Positions 39,850-53,792 of a stretch of DNA of 64,000 nt are shown here, in pieces (position 1 is the stretch's first letter; the number at the start of each line of letters is the position of its first letter). The translations under genes were made by a program, and so were the position numbers. Origin of the DNA: Eledone cirrhosa (Eukaryota). The stretch is from assembly GCA_964016885.1 (NCBI GenBank), contig OZ024740.1:259470001-259534000 (forward strand), in the 5' to 3' direction. The notes under the pieces are model-generated. The model was given only the letters and a program-made list of their open reading frames with translations, searched no databases and was not told where the DNA came from.

Positions 39850-42800
39850 CAACTCTTATTAATGGTCAGTCCGCTTCTACGAAATGTAATGTATAAATAA
39901 CATTTTCTTCTTGCCTCCTCACCCTTCGGTTCATTCATCCATATATCTATAATCGCCCAGAATCCAAATCCTACTTCATAATTGCTATTCTATAATTCTG
40001 TCTCACTGTTCTAAAAAATCTTCTCCACGCTTGTTCTAAATAATCTTCTCGCTACCATTTTGGCCGAAAATGTTTTCAGGATTCATAAAGATGGCTTCTC
40101 TCTCTCTCGGCCCTCTAAAATTGCTATCACCCCCACTCTCTCTATCATATCTCAATCTCTCTCTCACTCCCTACTCGCACCAAATATAAATAAGCCTGCT
40201 CCTCGCTAACTACCCCATACCCCTCCCGCCCCCACTCTCCACCTTTATTATTAGGACCAAACACAAGTCAACGGCCTATGCTATCACTTCTGGTTGCTTT
40301 TCGATATGATGGATGGACTAAGGAATTTCTGGAGAGTCTGAAGAATCTGGACACTCAAAGACAAATGCCAATGATAACGACAAATTCACCTCATGCTGCC
40401 GGACGAAAGGGCAAGGCCCCCTCCTCTTTGTTGCGACCGCGGATGGCCTACATAACCCCAACCCCATCCCCCTCACCCCTCCCTGCGCCCCACCCACCAA
40501 ACGCAATCCAAAACTTCAGAGTTGGTACCATGAATGTAGGTACCTTAAAAGGCCGCTCTAACGAGGTTGTAGAAATGCTTGAAATTAAGGAGGTTGATGT
40601 TTGCTGTATCCAAGAGACCAGGTGGAGGGGTGGGTCTGCTAGATTCATTGTGGGTAAAACAACGATGCTATAAGCTTTTCTGGGTGGGAAATGACAATGG
40701 GCTGGGTGGGGTAGGAATCATGTTAGCAGAAAAATTGGTGGATAAGATAATAGACGTAAATAGAGTGAACGACAGAATAATTAAAATAAGACTTGTTCTA
40801 AATAGAACTACTGTGACGGTAATAACTGCGTACGCGCCCCAATCTGGACTGCCTGGCGCTATAAAAGACAGTTTCTATGAGACACTGATGCTCACTACCT
40901 CCCAAATAACCGACAGTGACTATATAATTATTGCTGGCGACCTAAATGGTCACGTTGGACAACATTGTGACGGCTACGACAAAATCCATGGAGGCTATGG
41001 GTTTGGTACTAGAAATGAGGAAGGCTCCAGAATCCTGGAATTCTGCGACGCAAATAACCTAACTATCTGTAACACTAACTTCAAAAAACGAGACAATCAC
41101 TTGATCACCTACAGATCAGGGGAACATACGAGCCAGGTAGATTATATCCTTACCAGAAGACGTGACAGAGTGTCTGTTGTAAACACTAAATCCCTCCCCC
41201 ATGAAGAATGCACCTCCCAACATAGACTGATAATTAGCGACCTCATAGTCAGGACGAGACGTACTCGACAGCAGAAAAGGACTATCCTCAGGAGAAAAAT
41301 ATGGAAGCTAAAGGACCCCACAGTCAGAAATAAATTTAAAAGCATATTACTTGATGCTTTCGACAGTAAGGAAGAGCAATTACAGTCGTACAATATAGAG
41401 GAACAGTGGGAATTCCTGAAAGCAAACCTGCTGATGGCGGCAGATGAAGTCTGTGGCTGGAGCAGGCCTATAGGCAGGAGGAGAGTAACATGGTGGTGGA
41501 ACAGTAAAATGGAGGAGTCAATTAAGGCCAAAAAGCAGGCTTGGAAAGTATGGCGGAATGGGGGAAGTAGAGAAGACTATCAAGTGGCCAGGAGGGAAGC
41601 TAGGAGACAAGTGTACTTCGCAAGAAGGGAAGCAGAGGAAAGAAAGTTCAAGCATATTCTACAACGCAAGGACCAAAAACGTGAGGTGTTCAGGATTGCT
41701 AGGCAATGTGTCAAGGAAAACCGTGATATTGTCGGGGAGAAGTGTGTACTTAATGATGATGGTGTACTTGCCATCACTGATGCTGATAAGAAGGTAGCTT
41801 GGAAGTGTCACTACGAAAGGCTACTAAATGAGGAGAATAAATGGGAGAAAGACAGTCTCCCCCACATCGACCCAATAGAGGGACCAGCAGTGTTAGTCGA
41901 AGGTAGTATAATAAGTAAGGCAATCAAAGATATGAAGACGGGTAAGGCGGCTGGGCCTTGGGAAATAGTTGCTGAAATGCTGAAAGCTTCTGGAACGGTG
42001 GGACACACCATGATCACCCGGATAGTAAACCAAGTCATACAGAATGGGGTTGTTCCGAAGGACTGGCGTAGCAGCATCATCATTAACTGCTACAAGGGTA
42101 AAGGAGATGCCCTAGATAGGAGTAACTATAGAGGCATTAAATTAATCGACCAGGTCATATGCAGTTCGGGTTTGTGTCAGGCAAAAGTACCACAGACGCT
42201 CTTTTCATTGTACGACAACTACAGGAGAAGTACCTAGCTAAAAGTAAACCCCTATACTTAGCTTTTGTCAACTTGGAGAAAGTCTTCGACAGAGTTCCCC
42301 GTTCCATTATCTGGTAGGCTCTTAGAAAACTAGGTGTTGATGAATGGCTTGTGAGAGCTATACAAGCCATGTATAAAGAAACAGTCAGCAAAGTTAGAAT
42401 TAACAACGAATATAGTGAAGAGTTTAGCTTAAAAGTTGGTGTTCATCAGGACTCTGTTCTTAGCCCCCTACTATTTATTATTGCCCTTCAGGCTATAACA
42501 GAGGAGTTCAAGACCGGCTGCCCATGGGAACTCCTATACGCAGATGATCTAACGCTCATAGCTGAATCAATGGCCGAACTAGAGAAGAAATTCCAATCAA
42601 AAGGCCTTAAAATTAACCTGTCTAAAACTAAAGTTCTAGTTTGTACGAAGGAAAATAGGGCGTCGGTCCCATCCGGGAAGTGGCCATGCTCAGTGTGTAG
42701 GAAAGGAGTAGGTAGAAACTCCATTTTATGTCCCAAATGCAAAGTATGGGTGCATAAAAGGTGTAGTGGGATCACAGGTAAGCTAACTAAGAACATAGAT

Positions 42801-43862
42801 TTTATATGTGGCTGGTACTCTGGTGCAATAAGTAGCATCAAGTGCCCACAGAATACTAGCTCTTTCAATTGCACAGATGGTTCTATAGAAATAGTGGACA
42901 GCTTCCGTTACCTGAGTGACAAAATCAGCAGTGGGTGAGGGTGCTCTGAAAGTACAGTAGCTAGAGTCAGAACTGGATGGAAAAAGTTCAGAGAGCTTAT
43001 ACCACTATTAACCGCTAAAGGGTTCTCCCTAAAAATGAAAGGCAGGCTGTATGATGCCTGCATACGAACAGCAATGTTGCATGGCAGTGAGACCTGGGCA
43101 TTGTGTGCAGAAGATATACGCAGACTAGAGAGGAACGAAGCTTGCATGCTCCGCTGGATGTGTAATAGTAATATACGTGAACGGCAAAGCATAAACGAAC
43201 TAAGGGAAAAATTAGAAATAAGAGTGATCAGATGTTGTTTACTCGAGAGAAGGCTACGTTGGTATGGTCACGTGATGCGCATGAAAGACGACAGCTGTAT
43301 AAAAAAGTGCAGGGCAATAAAAATAGACGGTAGCCACGGAGTAGGCAGACACAGAAAAACCTGGGACGACTTGATAAATTCCGACCTCACACACTTACAC
43401 CTCTCCAAGACAATGTCACTGGACCGAGATCTTTGGTGCTACACAGTAATAGAGAAGACCCGCCTTACCTAAATACAAAGTAAAACCTACTACAGTCAGT
43501 AGGCACCTCTAACAAAATACACCCCCCGTCCCACTACCCCCAGCCCATCCACACCACCCCTTTCAATGTAAAGTTATGTTGGTACCACAACATCCAGGCC
43601 GAAACAAATGAGATCGTGTAGGTGTCACGACAAAAAAACACACAGTCCACGCTGTAATGTGGCCGTGTAGGTAACACGGTAAAAACCTCCCAGTTCACAC
43701 TGTAAATGTGGTTGGTGTTAGGAAGGGCATCCAGCCGTAGAAAACCCGCCAGACAGTCCTATCCGAGCAAGACAACCACTCTTGCCTCAAGTGGGAAAAC
43801 TCCCGCCCAAACCCATGCAAGCGTGAAATATGGACGTTAAACGGTGATGATGATGATGATGA

Positions 43863-43866
<4 letters not shown>
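39850..43866 (+). mobile_element. Near full-length RTE-clade LINE (5' UTR, APE endonuclease, RT, PHD-like finger, 3' UTR, (TGA)n tail)
   Basis: GTMNVGTL..DVCCIQETRW (40278..40673), 552-aa ORF 40579..42237 (GDLNGHVG, VDYIL, SQHRL), RT 42351..42938, C-terminus 43035..43472; several disablements. 5' limit approximate. Confidence 0.93.
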
Positions 43867-43896
<30 letters not shown>

Positions 43897-43899
<3 letters not shown>

Positions 43900-44241
43900 C
43901 CACATGGCTTAGTGGTTAGAGCATTGACCTTGCAATCGAAAGGTTGTGAGTTCAATTCTCAGACCGAGTGATGTGTTGTTTCCTTTGGCAAGACACGTTA
44001 TTTCACATTGCTCCAGTTTACTCAGCTGTAGAAATGAGATGATAGGGACTGGGGTCCCTATCATTCCACTGCAAAGTGGTCGTGGAGGTGCCACGTCAAA
44101 AAAGCACTCACCACTCACTGTAAATGAGGTTGGTGTTAGGAAGGGCATCCAGCTGTAGAAATCAAGCCAGAATCAGTTCCCATCCCTCCCTTGCAAGCAG
44201 AGAAAAGCGGACGTAAAAATGATGATGATGATGATGATGAT
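43897..44241 (+). mobile_element. tRNA-headed SINE with RTE-derived tail
   Basis: A box TGGCTTAGTGG, B box GTGAGTTCAATTC, tail ending GGACGTAAAAA(TGA)n. Confidence 0.88.
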
Positions 44242-44706
44242 ATATATGTATATGTATGTATATATATATATGTATATACATATATGTATGTATATATGTA
44301 TATGTATGTATATATATATATATGTATATGTATGTATATATGTATATGTATGTATATATATATATATGTATATGTATGTATATATATATGTATATGTACT
44401 ATATATGTATATATGTATGTATGTGTATATGTATGTATGTATATATGTATGTATGTGTATGTATATATATATATGTATGTATATGTATATTTATATATAT
44501 GTATGTATATGTATGTATATGTATATTTATATATATGTATGTATATGTATATATATGTATATTTATATATATGTATGTATATTTATATATACGTATGTAT
44601 ATATATATGTATGTATATATTTATATGTATATTTATGTCCCACCCTTGCAAGCAGGGAAAAGCGGATGTAAAATGATGATGATGATGATGATGATATATG
44701 TATATG

Positions 44707-44757
<51 letters not shown>

Positions 44758-44860
44758 TTATAGTTGTAGAACACTGGAAGGTAATATCCGTAGTGGTAGA
44801 GCACTCAGTCCATGGGACGAGTTTGGTAGAAGTGGTTACACAACAGTTAGTTCACCATAC

Positions 44861-44898
44861 CGAGAACAATTGTTTCACCTTAGCGGATCCTCAGCTCG
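44861..44898 (-). ncRNA. Minimal type I hammerhead ribozyme
   Basis: CGAG-CUGAGGA-U-CC(gcuaa)GG-U-GAAAC-AAUU-GUU-CUCG; palindromic stem III. Confidence 0.7.
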
Positions 44899-45180
44899 TA
44901 ATGGACATGGTTATACGGAACAGGAAGGACAATCGTACGAACGCGCATGCGCAGAAACGGTCACTTCTCTCAAGCAATACTAAATTGCGTGCGAGAGGTG
45001 TAAGGGAGATAACTGCAATAGTCCGGAAGTTTCTAGTTGATAAGAAAATTAGTATGTTGTTGTAATTAAATCCGGAGCTTTGTAGTTATGTAAAATGTGT
45101 TTCCAGACATATGGACAATGTGTAGTATACTACAGAGCCGTTATAGTTATAGGAATAACCAAAGAGTGCTTAGAAATACA

Positions 45181-45246
45181 TTGTTTTATTAGCTAACAGT
45201 GTTTCATCCATACCCCATGGCAGGAATCATCAGAGCCTATAAACAA
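45181..45246 (-). ncRNA. Type I hammerhead ribozyme (PLE 3' end)
   Basis: UUGUUUAUAGGCU-CUGAUGA-U-UCC...GGA-U-GAAAC-ACU-GUU-AGCUAAUAAAACAA. Confidence 0.72.
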
Positions 45247-48200
45247 GAGTATGTCAATAGTTGCATGCTCCATCGAGCTGCGTCACCAGAACAAGGTTAA
45301 AGGACCAGCAGGGGAGTCCCAAGGCCAGCGCTATATGGAAAAAGACAGAATACATGATGCACATAATGTCATAAAATGTCTTAAAAAATTACATCAAAAT
45401 TTAAAAATTAAAAATTACACCAAAAGTTTATCACTTAAATGGTGCAATAGATGATAAAGAGGTTGGGAGAGGGTAGCAAGGGATGAGTGAAGGTATTACT
45501 CAGCATGATCAGAAACAATAAAAAAAATAATAAAAAAGTACAAAAATACAGAGATAACAAAAGAGATAAATATAAAAATACAAAACAATAAAGGAACAAA
45601 AAGCCCGAAAGCCCCCAAAAATATAAAACAAAGCAAAGCATAGATGCATCAAAGCACAAGCAGTGCAAAAAGAGGGTGTTCAGGCAGATTAAGAGAGTTT
45701 GCAAGCATGAGTCTGTGAGAAGAATAGTTGGTTAGCAGTGGTGCAGCCTTACATGTATGATAGTCCATATGAGGGATAGTGTACTCCAATTATATCGCCT
45801 TGTAACAGGTCGATTCTCCTTATCATATCAGCACCACACGAACCACATCGATATGTTCCAGTTCCGAACGTTAAGTGAGATAACACTATTTTTCCAAAAC
45901 CTCTATCCAGGGGATTTATCACCATAGGCGGTCTGGGATATACACCTAAAATCTAAAATAAAAAATAAAAAATAAAAGAAAGTACGACGAGTTAAAGAAA
46001 TGTATGGTACATGTACAGCCGGCACAGATGTGAGGAAATTGAAAACACGCCAGGTCCGCAATAACTGGCATTCCCCAAAGTCCTCACGTTCGGTCGCTCA
46101 ACTCAATGTGCCAGGTGAAATTCACTGTATGTCCAAGTTGGCGTTCAACCAATGTGTCGCACCGTATACAACTATACCACAGTAAATACAAATCGTGATG
46201 GCTATCTCGTTACATAGAGAAAAAGTGTATATAGGAAACTCCGCTTCCAGAATCACATATGGCAGAGTGAGCAGATATTGTTATAAAAATAGGCGGGTAT
46301 ATTATAGTGAGTGCAAATTTCTGTAGAATATATAGATATATATATAGAAGAGAGAACTCACGGCCAAACCTGTCAATGACAGCTATGTTATTTATATGTC
46401 CGCCATGTGGTTTTCGTTTAGATTATTGACTCCGGAGATTGCAATCCATTCACAGTCGGGTGTGACCCCTCCTGGGTCGGCAGGAGTTCAATATCCAGTG
46501 TTGCACTTTGCCTTGAGTGTGGTTCTATAATTCATCAAAGCTGGATCACAATTCATATTCAACTAATTCCAACTTTCAAAGGTTAGTCTCTCGCAAGTAA
46601 CACATAACGGTAGTCCGAATATAAACACAGGAAGTCGTGGTGTGCCTATGAAAAGTATGGGAGGCAATTCGCGTCATAAAGGGCAGATTCATTAGATATC
46701 CAACGGGATGCTAGGGGCGAGTCTTTTGTTTGATTCGAAGCCCTGTGATCAACTACTCCTTCCCCCCGGGGCTTGATCGATTCAGCAGCACCTAGCCCAC
46801 ACGATTTGCTACCATAGTTCACTATACTAGGCTAGATCTATCACACACTTTAGGGTTAAGGTTAACTGGACCCCGGGTGCTCAATTCACCCGCTTTATAG
46901 CTGCGGTGGGGTTTTCTGGGCTTTCGACAGACTATTATGCTGTGCTATCAGTTAGCGCACAATGGGTGTGTTTATAAACCATATTAATATGGTTAGTGTG
47001 GGTATGTGCCTATATAGGGTGCTAGGTATAGTGAAAAGCCTTAAGTAGGTTCTACCCTAAGGGTTCTTGGCTTGTGGTCCAATAAGATGAACTAGGGAAG
47101 AGAGAAAGAAAAGTAAGAGAGGGGGGATAAGAGAAGAAATATTAGAGTAGTCTATATACACCTAAAGGGCAGTTATTGTCACAAAGGAACCAGGATTCAG
47201 TGCCGTGTGGTTTTACGTAGGCCAAACAGGATGGAGGTATGCAGGTCCTACAGCGTTAGCTAATTGGTCTAAAATAATAGAAGGAGCTAAGATTTATGTG
47301 CGGGCAAGAAGAGAATATCTCCGACTTCCTATTTAGCAGGTTCAGTTTGGAGTGTATTATGGCGTGTGATTCACAGGTCTTGCTAGGGGGTCTGTATTGC
47401 GATGATTTAGTGATTATTCTCCAATTAAGCATGTATTGAATATCAGTGTTCTTCAGGAGGGATATGTAACTATCTAGGGATGTAGTATTCTTAAGTCTAT
47501 CATGTCTAAATGTATAGCGATGGGAGTTGTATCTAGTCTTAAAGGGGGTCGATGTAAACCCTATATATGTTTTGGAGGAGGTCCGAGTTGTAACATCACA
47601 TGCGTAGATAATATTGTTTATAGGGCATTGTCCCTTTAGGGGGCACCCCGCCTGTCATCTGCAGTTACATTTGCGGTGTATGTGAGTCTGCGGCACAGGA
47701 GATATTTGGTTTTCCGTGCATTCCAGATTTGGCAACCGTACATCAGATGTGTGGATAGTATTGCTGGGTGACGCCGCATCAGGTCCATCTAGTGGTGGCA
47801 GGTGTGCCGCAGTTGCAATGGTATTGAAACCCTTTCTAATTTTTTTGTTGTTCGTTATAGCTAGGTGATGAGCTAGATTTGGAGTAGTGGAGAATGATAG
47901 CTTAATTGTGTTTTTATTAATGATACTATGGTATTTACTACCGAGGGGAAAGTTTTTTTCCAAGATCGAGAAGAATGTCTTTGGTATATTGGTTGATATC
48001 TCCGAGTTGTAAGGTGGATTAAAGTAGGAATTAGATCTTCGTCTATTTTTTCTATTTTTCGTACTAGGGGAAGAGTTGGTCCCAAGCATAGACAACCCAT
48101 CTTCCGTGGTAGAGAGAACCTGGGGTGGTAACCTTACCCGGAGGGGTTCACAGGCTTCCCTGTCTTTCCTATTGTACTTCAATTTTCTAGCTCTTATCCA

Positions 48201-49772
48201 AGTGTTAGTATTATTGCCATACCGATGAGGCGTGTTAAATGGAGTCCCTTGGGGTTAGTCAGAGCCACCTACAGTACCCGTGTAGTTCCTATTTTTGTGT
48301 TCGCTTCTATTAGGCAAAGCCATATTGTGTGTGATTACATTATATTGTCCGGCCCTGGTGGTTTGGGCGTTGTTATGTATGTAGTATATTTTTTCTCTAA
48401 AACCGGACTTTGCTAGTGCTTTATTATAGTACCTTACATTAGACCTAAATGCATGCTCATTATGTGATAGTCTGCTAATCCTGTTAGATACCCCTTTAAT
48501 TATGGCATTTAGGACGGGTCTAGGGTGGTTGGAATTTGCATTCATGTATGTTAGTGTTTCATCTGGCTTGTGATAGGGTGAGAAGTATTTATTTTCCAAA
48601 TCCAGGGTTACGTCTAGAAAGTTAACCGTTTTATTATTTATGTCTATCGTTATGCTAAGGTTAAAGCTTTTGAAGAATTTATGTAGGTCTTTTCTCGTCC
48701 TTTCTATATTATGTTTTTTATATTCAATAGTGACGGTATAGTCGTCACAGTATAGCCCGCCTTTGAAATGCGGGAATGTTTTATGCAGTTCATGGAGGAG
48801 GTAAAGTCCAACCAAGTCAGTGACTTGCGCCGAATCGCTGGACCCCATTGTGACATCAAAGTTATTCGGCGTGTTCTTCCGGGTCCAAAGTTGGTCTTCG
48901 AAGAGGATGATAGTTCTCCGGGCAGCAATGATGATGTTAATTTGGGATCTAGTCAGGTCACTATTTTGCATAGCTAATATAAGGGCCTTATTTAGAAGGA
49001 TGGGAGAGATCGAGATATAGTATGAGTTGATATCGAATTGGATGAACTTCAGGGACTTATGGTTACTAATCCTTAAGAACCATTTAATGACCTCCTCAGT
49101 ATTTCCCCATAGGTCAAGGTAAATTTTACTTTGTATAACAGGGATGACGGCGTCCAAGATTTTCTTACGTATTATCCCTAAGTCAGACTTAGAGGGGCTA
49201 ATGAGCCTAATTGAGGGGTTACTAAGGAAGTCCTCTTTGTGAATCTGGGTTGCTTAGGGGTGAAAGGCTGGGTGTACCTTTCCAGATTCAGCATCTTAAC
49301 GATTTCTAGCCCTTTCTTATTTATCTCGTCTAGGTTTTTATAGGTAGTTTTCTTATAATTTCTGTGGAGTTCCTGTATATGAAGTTTCTGTAAGTCTTGT
49401 AGTCCAGGTTATATAAATTTTTTGTTTTATCTGTTTTGTATTTTTATATTTATCTCTTTTGTTATCTCTGTATTTTTGAACTTTTTTATTATTTTTTTAT
49501 TGTTTCTGATCATGCTGAGTAATACCTTCACTCATCCCTTGCTACCCTCTCCCAACCTCTTTATCATCTATTGCACCATTTAAGTGATAAACTTTTGGTG
49601 TAATTTTTAATTTTTAAATTTTGATGTAATTTTTTAAGACATTTTATGACATTATGTGCATCATGTATTCTGTCTTTTTCCATATATCGCTGGCCTCGGG
49701 ACCCCCTCTGCTGGTCCTTTAACCTTGTTCTGGTGACGCAGCTCAATGGAGCATGCAACTATTGACATACTC

Positions 49773-49838
49773 TTGTTTATAGGCTCTGATGATTCCTGCC
49801 ATGGGGTATGGATGAAACACTGTTAGCTAATAAAACAA
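49773..49838 (+). ncRNA. Type I hammerhead ribozyme (inverted pLTR copy)
   Basis: Identical to 45181-45246 in the opposite orientation. Confidence 0.72.
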
Positions 49839-49885
49839 TGGTTATTCCTATAACTATATATATATATATATATATTTTGCCGTCA

Positions 49886-49915
<30 letters not shown>

Positions 49916-49917
<2 letters not shown>

Positions 49918-51755
49918 GCTGAAAGCATCTGGAATGGTGGGACACACTATCGTCACCCGGATAGTAAACCAAATCATACAGAACGGGATTATACCAAATG
50001 ACTGGCGTAGCAGCATCATCATTAACTGCTACAAGAGTAAAGGAGATACCCTAGATAGGGGAAACTATAGAGGCATTAAATTAATTGACCAGGTCAAGAA
50101 GGTCACAGAAAAAGTTATAGCGCAACTAATCAGAGAGCAAATTGATCTAGATGAAATGCAGTTTGGGTTTGTGTCAGGTAAAAGTACCACAGACGCCCTT
50201 TTCCTTGTACGACAACTACATGAGAAGTACCGAGCTAAAAGTAAACCCCTATGCTTAGCTTTTGTTGACTTGGAGAAAGCATTTGGCAGAGTCCCCCGCG
50301 CCATTATCTGGTGGGCCCTTAGAAAACTAGGGGTTGATGAATGGCTTGTGAGAGCTATACAAGCCATGTATAAAGAAACAGTCAGCAAGGTTAGAATTAA
50401 CAACGAATATAGTGAAGAATTTAGCGTAACAGTTGGTGTTCATCAGGGTTCTGTCCTTAGCCCCCTCCTATTTATTATTGCCCTTCAGGCTATAACAGAG
50501 GAGTTCAAGACCGGCTGCCCATGGGAATTTGTATATGCAGATGATCTAACGCTCATAGCTGAATCGATAGCTGAACTAGAGAAGAAATTCCAAACATGGA
50601 AGCATGGCCTAGAATCAAAAGGCCTTAAAGTTAACTTGTCTAAGACTAAAGTTCTAGTATGTAGGAAGGAAAATAGGGCACAGGTCCACTCTGGGAAATG
50701 GCCATGCTCAGTGCGTAGGAAAGGAGTAGGCAGAAATTCCATTTTATGTCCCAATTTATATGTGGCCGGTGCTCAGGTGCAATAAGTAGCAAGTGCCCAC
50801 AGGATACTAGCTCCTTCTATTGCCCAGATGGCTCTATAGAAATAGTGGACATCTTCCGTTACCTGGGTGACAAAATAAGCTGTGGTGGAGGGTGCTCTGA
50901 AAGTACAGTAGCCAGAGTCAGAACGGGATGGAAAAAGTTCAGAAAGCTTATATCATTATTGGCCACTAAACGTTTCTCTTGAAAAATGAAAGGCAGACTG
51001 TATGATGCCTGCATACTAACAGCAATGTTACATGGCAGTGAGACAGGCATTGTGTGCAGAGGATCTGCGTAGACTGGAGAGGAACGAAGCATGCATGCTC
51101 TGCTGGATGTGTAATAGTAATATATGTGAACAGCAAAGCATAAATGAACTAAGTGAGAAATTAGGTATAAGAGGGATCAGATGCTGTTTACTCGAGAGAA
51201 GACTACGTTGGGATGGTCACATGATGCACATGAAAGGCGACAGCTGTATAAAAAAGTGCAGGGTAATCAAAATTGATGGAAGTTATGGAGTAGGCAGACC
51301 CAGAAAAACCTGGGACGATTTGATAAATTCCGACCTGACACACTTACACCTCTCTAAGACAATGTCACTGGACCGAGATCTTTGGCACTACGTAGTAATA
51401 CAGAAAACCCGCCTTGCCTAAGTACAAAGTGAAACCTACAGTCAGTAGGCACCTCTTAATCAAATATACACCCCACCCCCATCAACACCACCCCTTTCTC
51501 TGTAAAGTTATGTTGGTACCACAACATCCAGTCCTAAATAAATGAGGTCGTGTATGTATCAAGAAAAAAAACACACAGTCCACGCTGTAATGTGGCCGTG
51601 TAGGTAACACGGAAAAAAACCTCCCAGTCCACACTGTAAACGTGGTTGGTGTTAGGACGGGCATCCAGTGGTAGAAAACCTGCAGATACTCCTATATGAG
51701 CGAGACAACCAATCTTGCCTCAAGTGGAACAATTCCCGTCTAAACCCATGCTAGC
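49916..51755 (+). mobile_element. RTE-clade LINE, 5'-truncated
   Basis: ORFs 49808..50785 (NYRGIKL, FVDLEKAF, YADD), 50746..50982 and 51032..51421, plus 3' UTR. Confidence 0.92.
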
Positions 51756-51763
51756 ACAGAGCT

Positions 51764-51800
<37 letters not shown>

Positions 51801-52149
51801 GCACATAAGGGACCACGTATATACATATATCTATACAGTCACACACACACATATCATCGTCATCATCATCTTACGTCCGCTTTTCCCTGCTTGCAAGGGT
51901 ATACATACACACACACACACACATATATATTTTTTTTTTTCCACACATGTGCATTCATTTAAGCCTACTATTACACACACACACACACGCACACACATAT
52001 ACACCTACACACACACATATACCTATATACACATATACATACATATATATACATGTGTGTGTGTGCATGCATGCACACACACATACACGCACACACTTAC
52101 ATATATACCCACACCCACACATCCATTTATGCACTCACACCCAGATGTA

Positions 52150-53792
52150 CACATAAACACAAATAAACTGTATAAAACATATTTGGAAGGTGCATGCACA
52201 TGGTGCTGTACATCGAAATACGTGCAAAGTACGAAAAAAGTACATATGGAGGATACGTCGGTGAATTCATGCAGCATCTCATAACAGTATATACGTATAT
52301 GCCTACACACTTTGATGCACATGTTGGCTGAGTTGGCATTATGGTGCTAACGTGGATTAATCCACATATAGAAACCTTAAACAAAATTACATATAGGAAG
52401 CTCATGGGAATAATGTAAAGGGTATACCCAGAACATATATTAAAAAAATATATAAAGAATATATTAAAAAAATATATCAGAAATATATTTTTTTTAAATA
52501 TAAAAAATACACATTGGGTTGTACATGAAAAAATACTTAAGGTGTTACATAATGGAATACATGGAGAAAATACAGACACTACATAAAAAATACATATGTA
52601 GGTAGTGCAGGAGAACAGCCTATAATGGAGTATGCTATTGTGGGGGAAATAGAGTGCCTTAGTGTTGTATGATACAGGATTGATTATACCCATGGAAATT
52701 GAGCCACCGTGTCCTGGCTCCTGCGACGGCGGTGTTAAGATGAGGTGCAGAGTCAAATGGGCAGCATTGATTGTGTTGACCTACCCCACAGGTCATACAT
52801 AGTCATCAAGTTATGGTGTCGGTTCCCATGGACCCGAGCCGCGACCCCGACTGACGTCCGCTTCCCCGTATGTCTTTAGTTGGGGCCATCCAGGTGGTGT
52901 CCATGCGGAGAGTGTGCACCTTCTCTGGTGTCTGCATGTCATGATAATCTCCGATTTCAGGTTGACTGCGTCATCCTTTAATCTCACTTATCTGCATGGC
53001 TTCAGACAGGCATAGCCTGCACTTCCTCTTGCCGGCCAAATATGCACTGGCACGTTGAACGATACTCCAGTTGAGATCATACGGGGTGCCGATGTCCTTC
53101 AAGTCCCGTATTAGGTCCGCCAGCCTAGTGGAGTGTCTCTTGCTCCGGTCCTTGAAAGAGTTTGTGTGATTGTAAATCCTCGATTTAAAGGTCATGGATG
53201 CTGCGCCAATGTAGGTGCACTTAGTGTTGTGCGTGTTAACTACACATTTATATACGATGCCCTTCGTTAGGCATCTTCCCTGCAGAGGGCATTGTGTGCC
53301 TACTCTGAAGTTGCATGTTCAGTCGTTATGTTGCTCATTCCTTATGCTGGGTCCTGGCCTTACTACTGCGTTCCCCTGATTCTCTGGGTGTTGTTCTGTC
53401 GGTGCGGTGGGCTCCTTTCCGTCATTCAGTGCCCCCTGGTAGTCAAATACTGTGTTTTCCGCGGGTGTGCTGGCTACTGTGGGGATCGGACCATAGTTGA
53501 TAACCCTGTCTCCATGTGGTGCTCCAGGCCTGCCAAGATCGTCGGCCGCTTGCCGTAGTTGGTGGTCGAGTTTCCCTAACTTCACCGCATTGGTCTTGGC
53601 CATATAGTCTGCCATGTTATGTGCGGTGGAGAAGGAGAACTTCACTGTGTGGCGGTTGAATATCCTGTGGTATCTGTTCGATAGTGGGAAACACTCGTCC
53701 AACGCTCTGAAGAAGAGGCCTGGTACATTGTTGCATACATGCTTCGAATACATGGTTTAATGCGCCATATTCGAAGCATGTATGCAACAATG
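52150..53792 (-). mobile_element. PLE 3' fragment (Naiad-type knuckle + GIY-YIG), with hairpin at the truncation point
   Basis: FFRALDECFP..YHRIFNRHTVKFSFS (53319..53753), CPLQGRC..GIVY..YIG and RLCLSEA (52971..53195). 3' limit approximate. Confidence 0.82.

Larger units (their letters stand above)
45141..49858 (-). mobile_element. 5'-truncated PLE (Naiad-type) with ~2-kb 3' UTR and inverted pLTR
   Basis: ORFs 48255..49157 (FIQFDI, MGSSDSAQ, GLYCDD) and 47655..48182 (YFNPPY, CNCR); GIY-YIG remnant to ~47270. 49432-49858 is the inverted copy of 45141-45587. Confidence 0.9.

Noticed and set aside
40055-40100. YY1-like sites (CCATTTT, AAGATGGC) in the RTE 5' region
   Set aside because: Short motifs in a single copy with an undefined 5' boundary; not supportable from this window
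39211-43975. tRNA genes at 39211 and 43897
   Set aside because: A/B boxes continue into SINE core and RTE tail, and there is no complete cloverleaf
47655-47657. In-frame TGA within the Naiad-type Cys knuckle (CNCR*QAGCP) as possible selenocysteine
   Set aside because: Not at a conserved Cys position and all four Cys are present; best explained as a nonsense mutation in a decayed copy. No SECIS identified.
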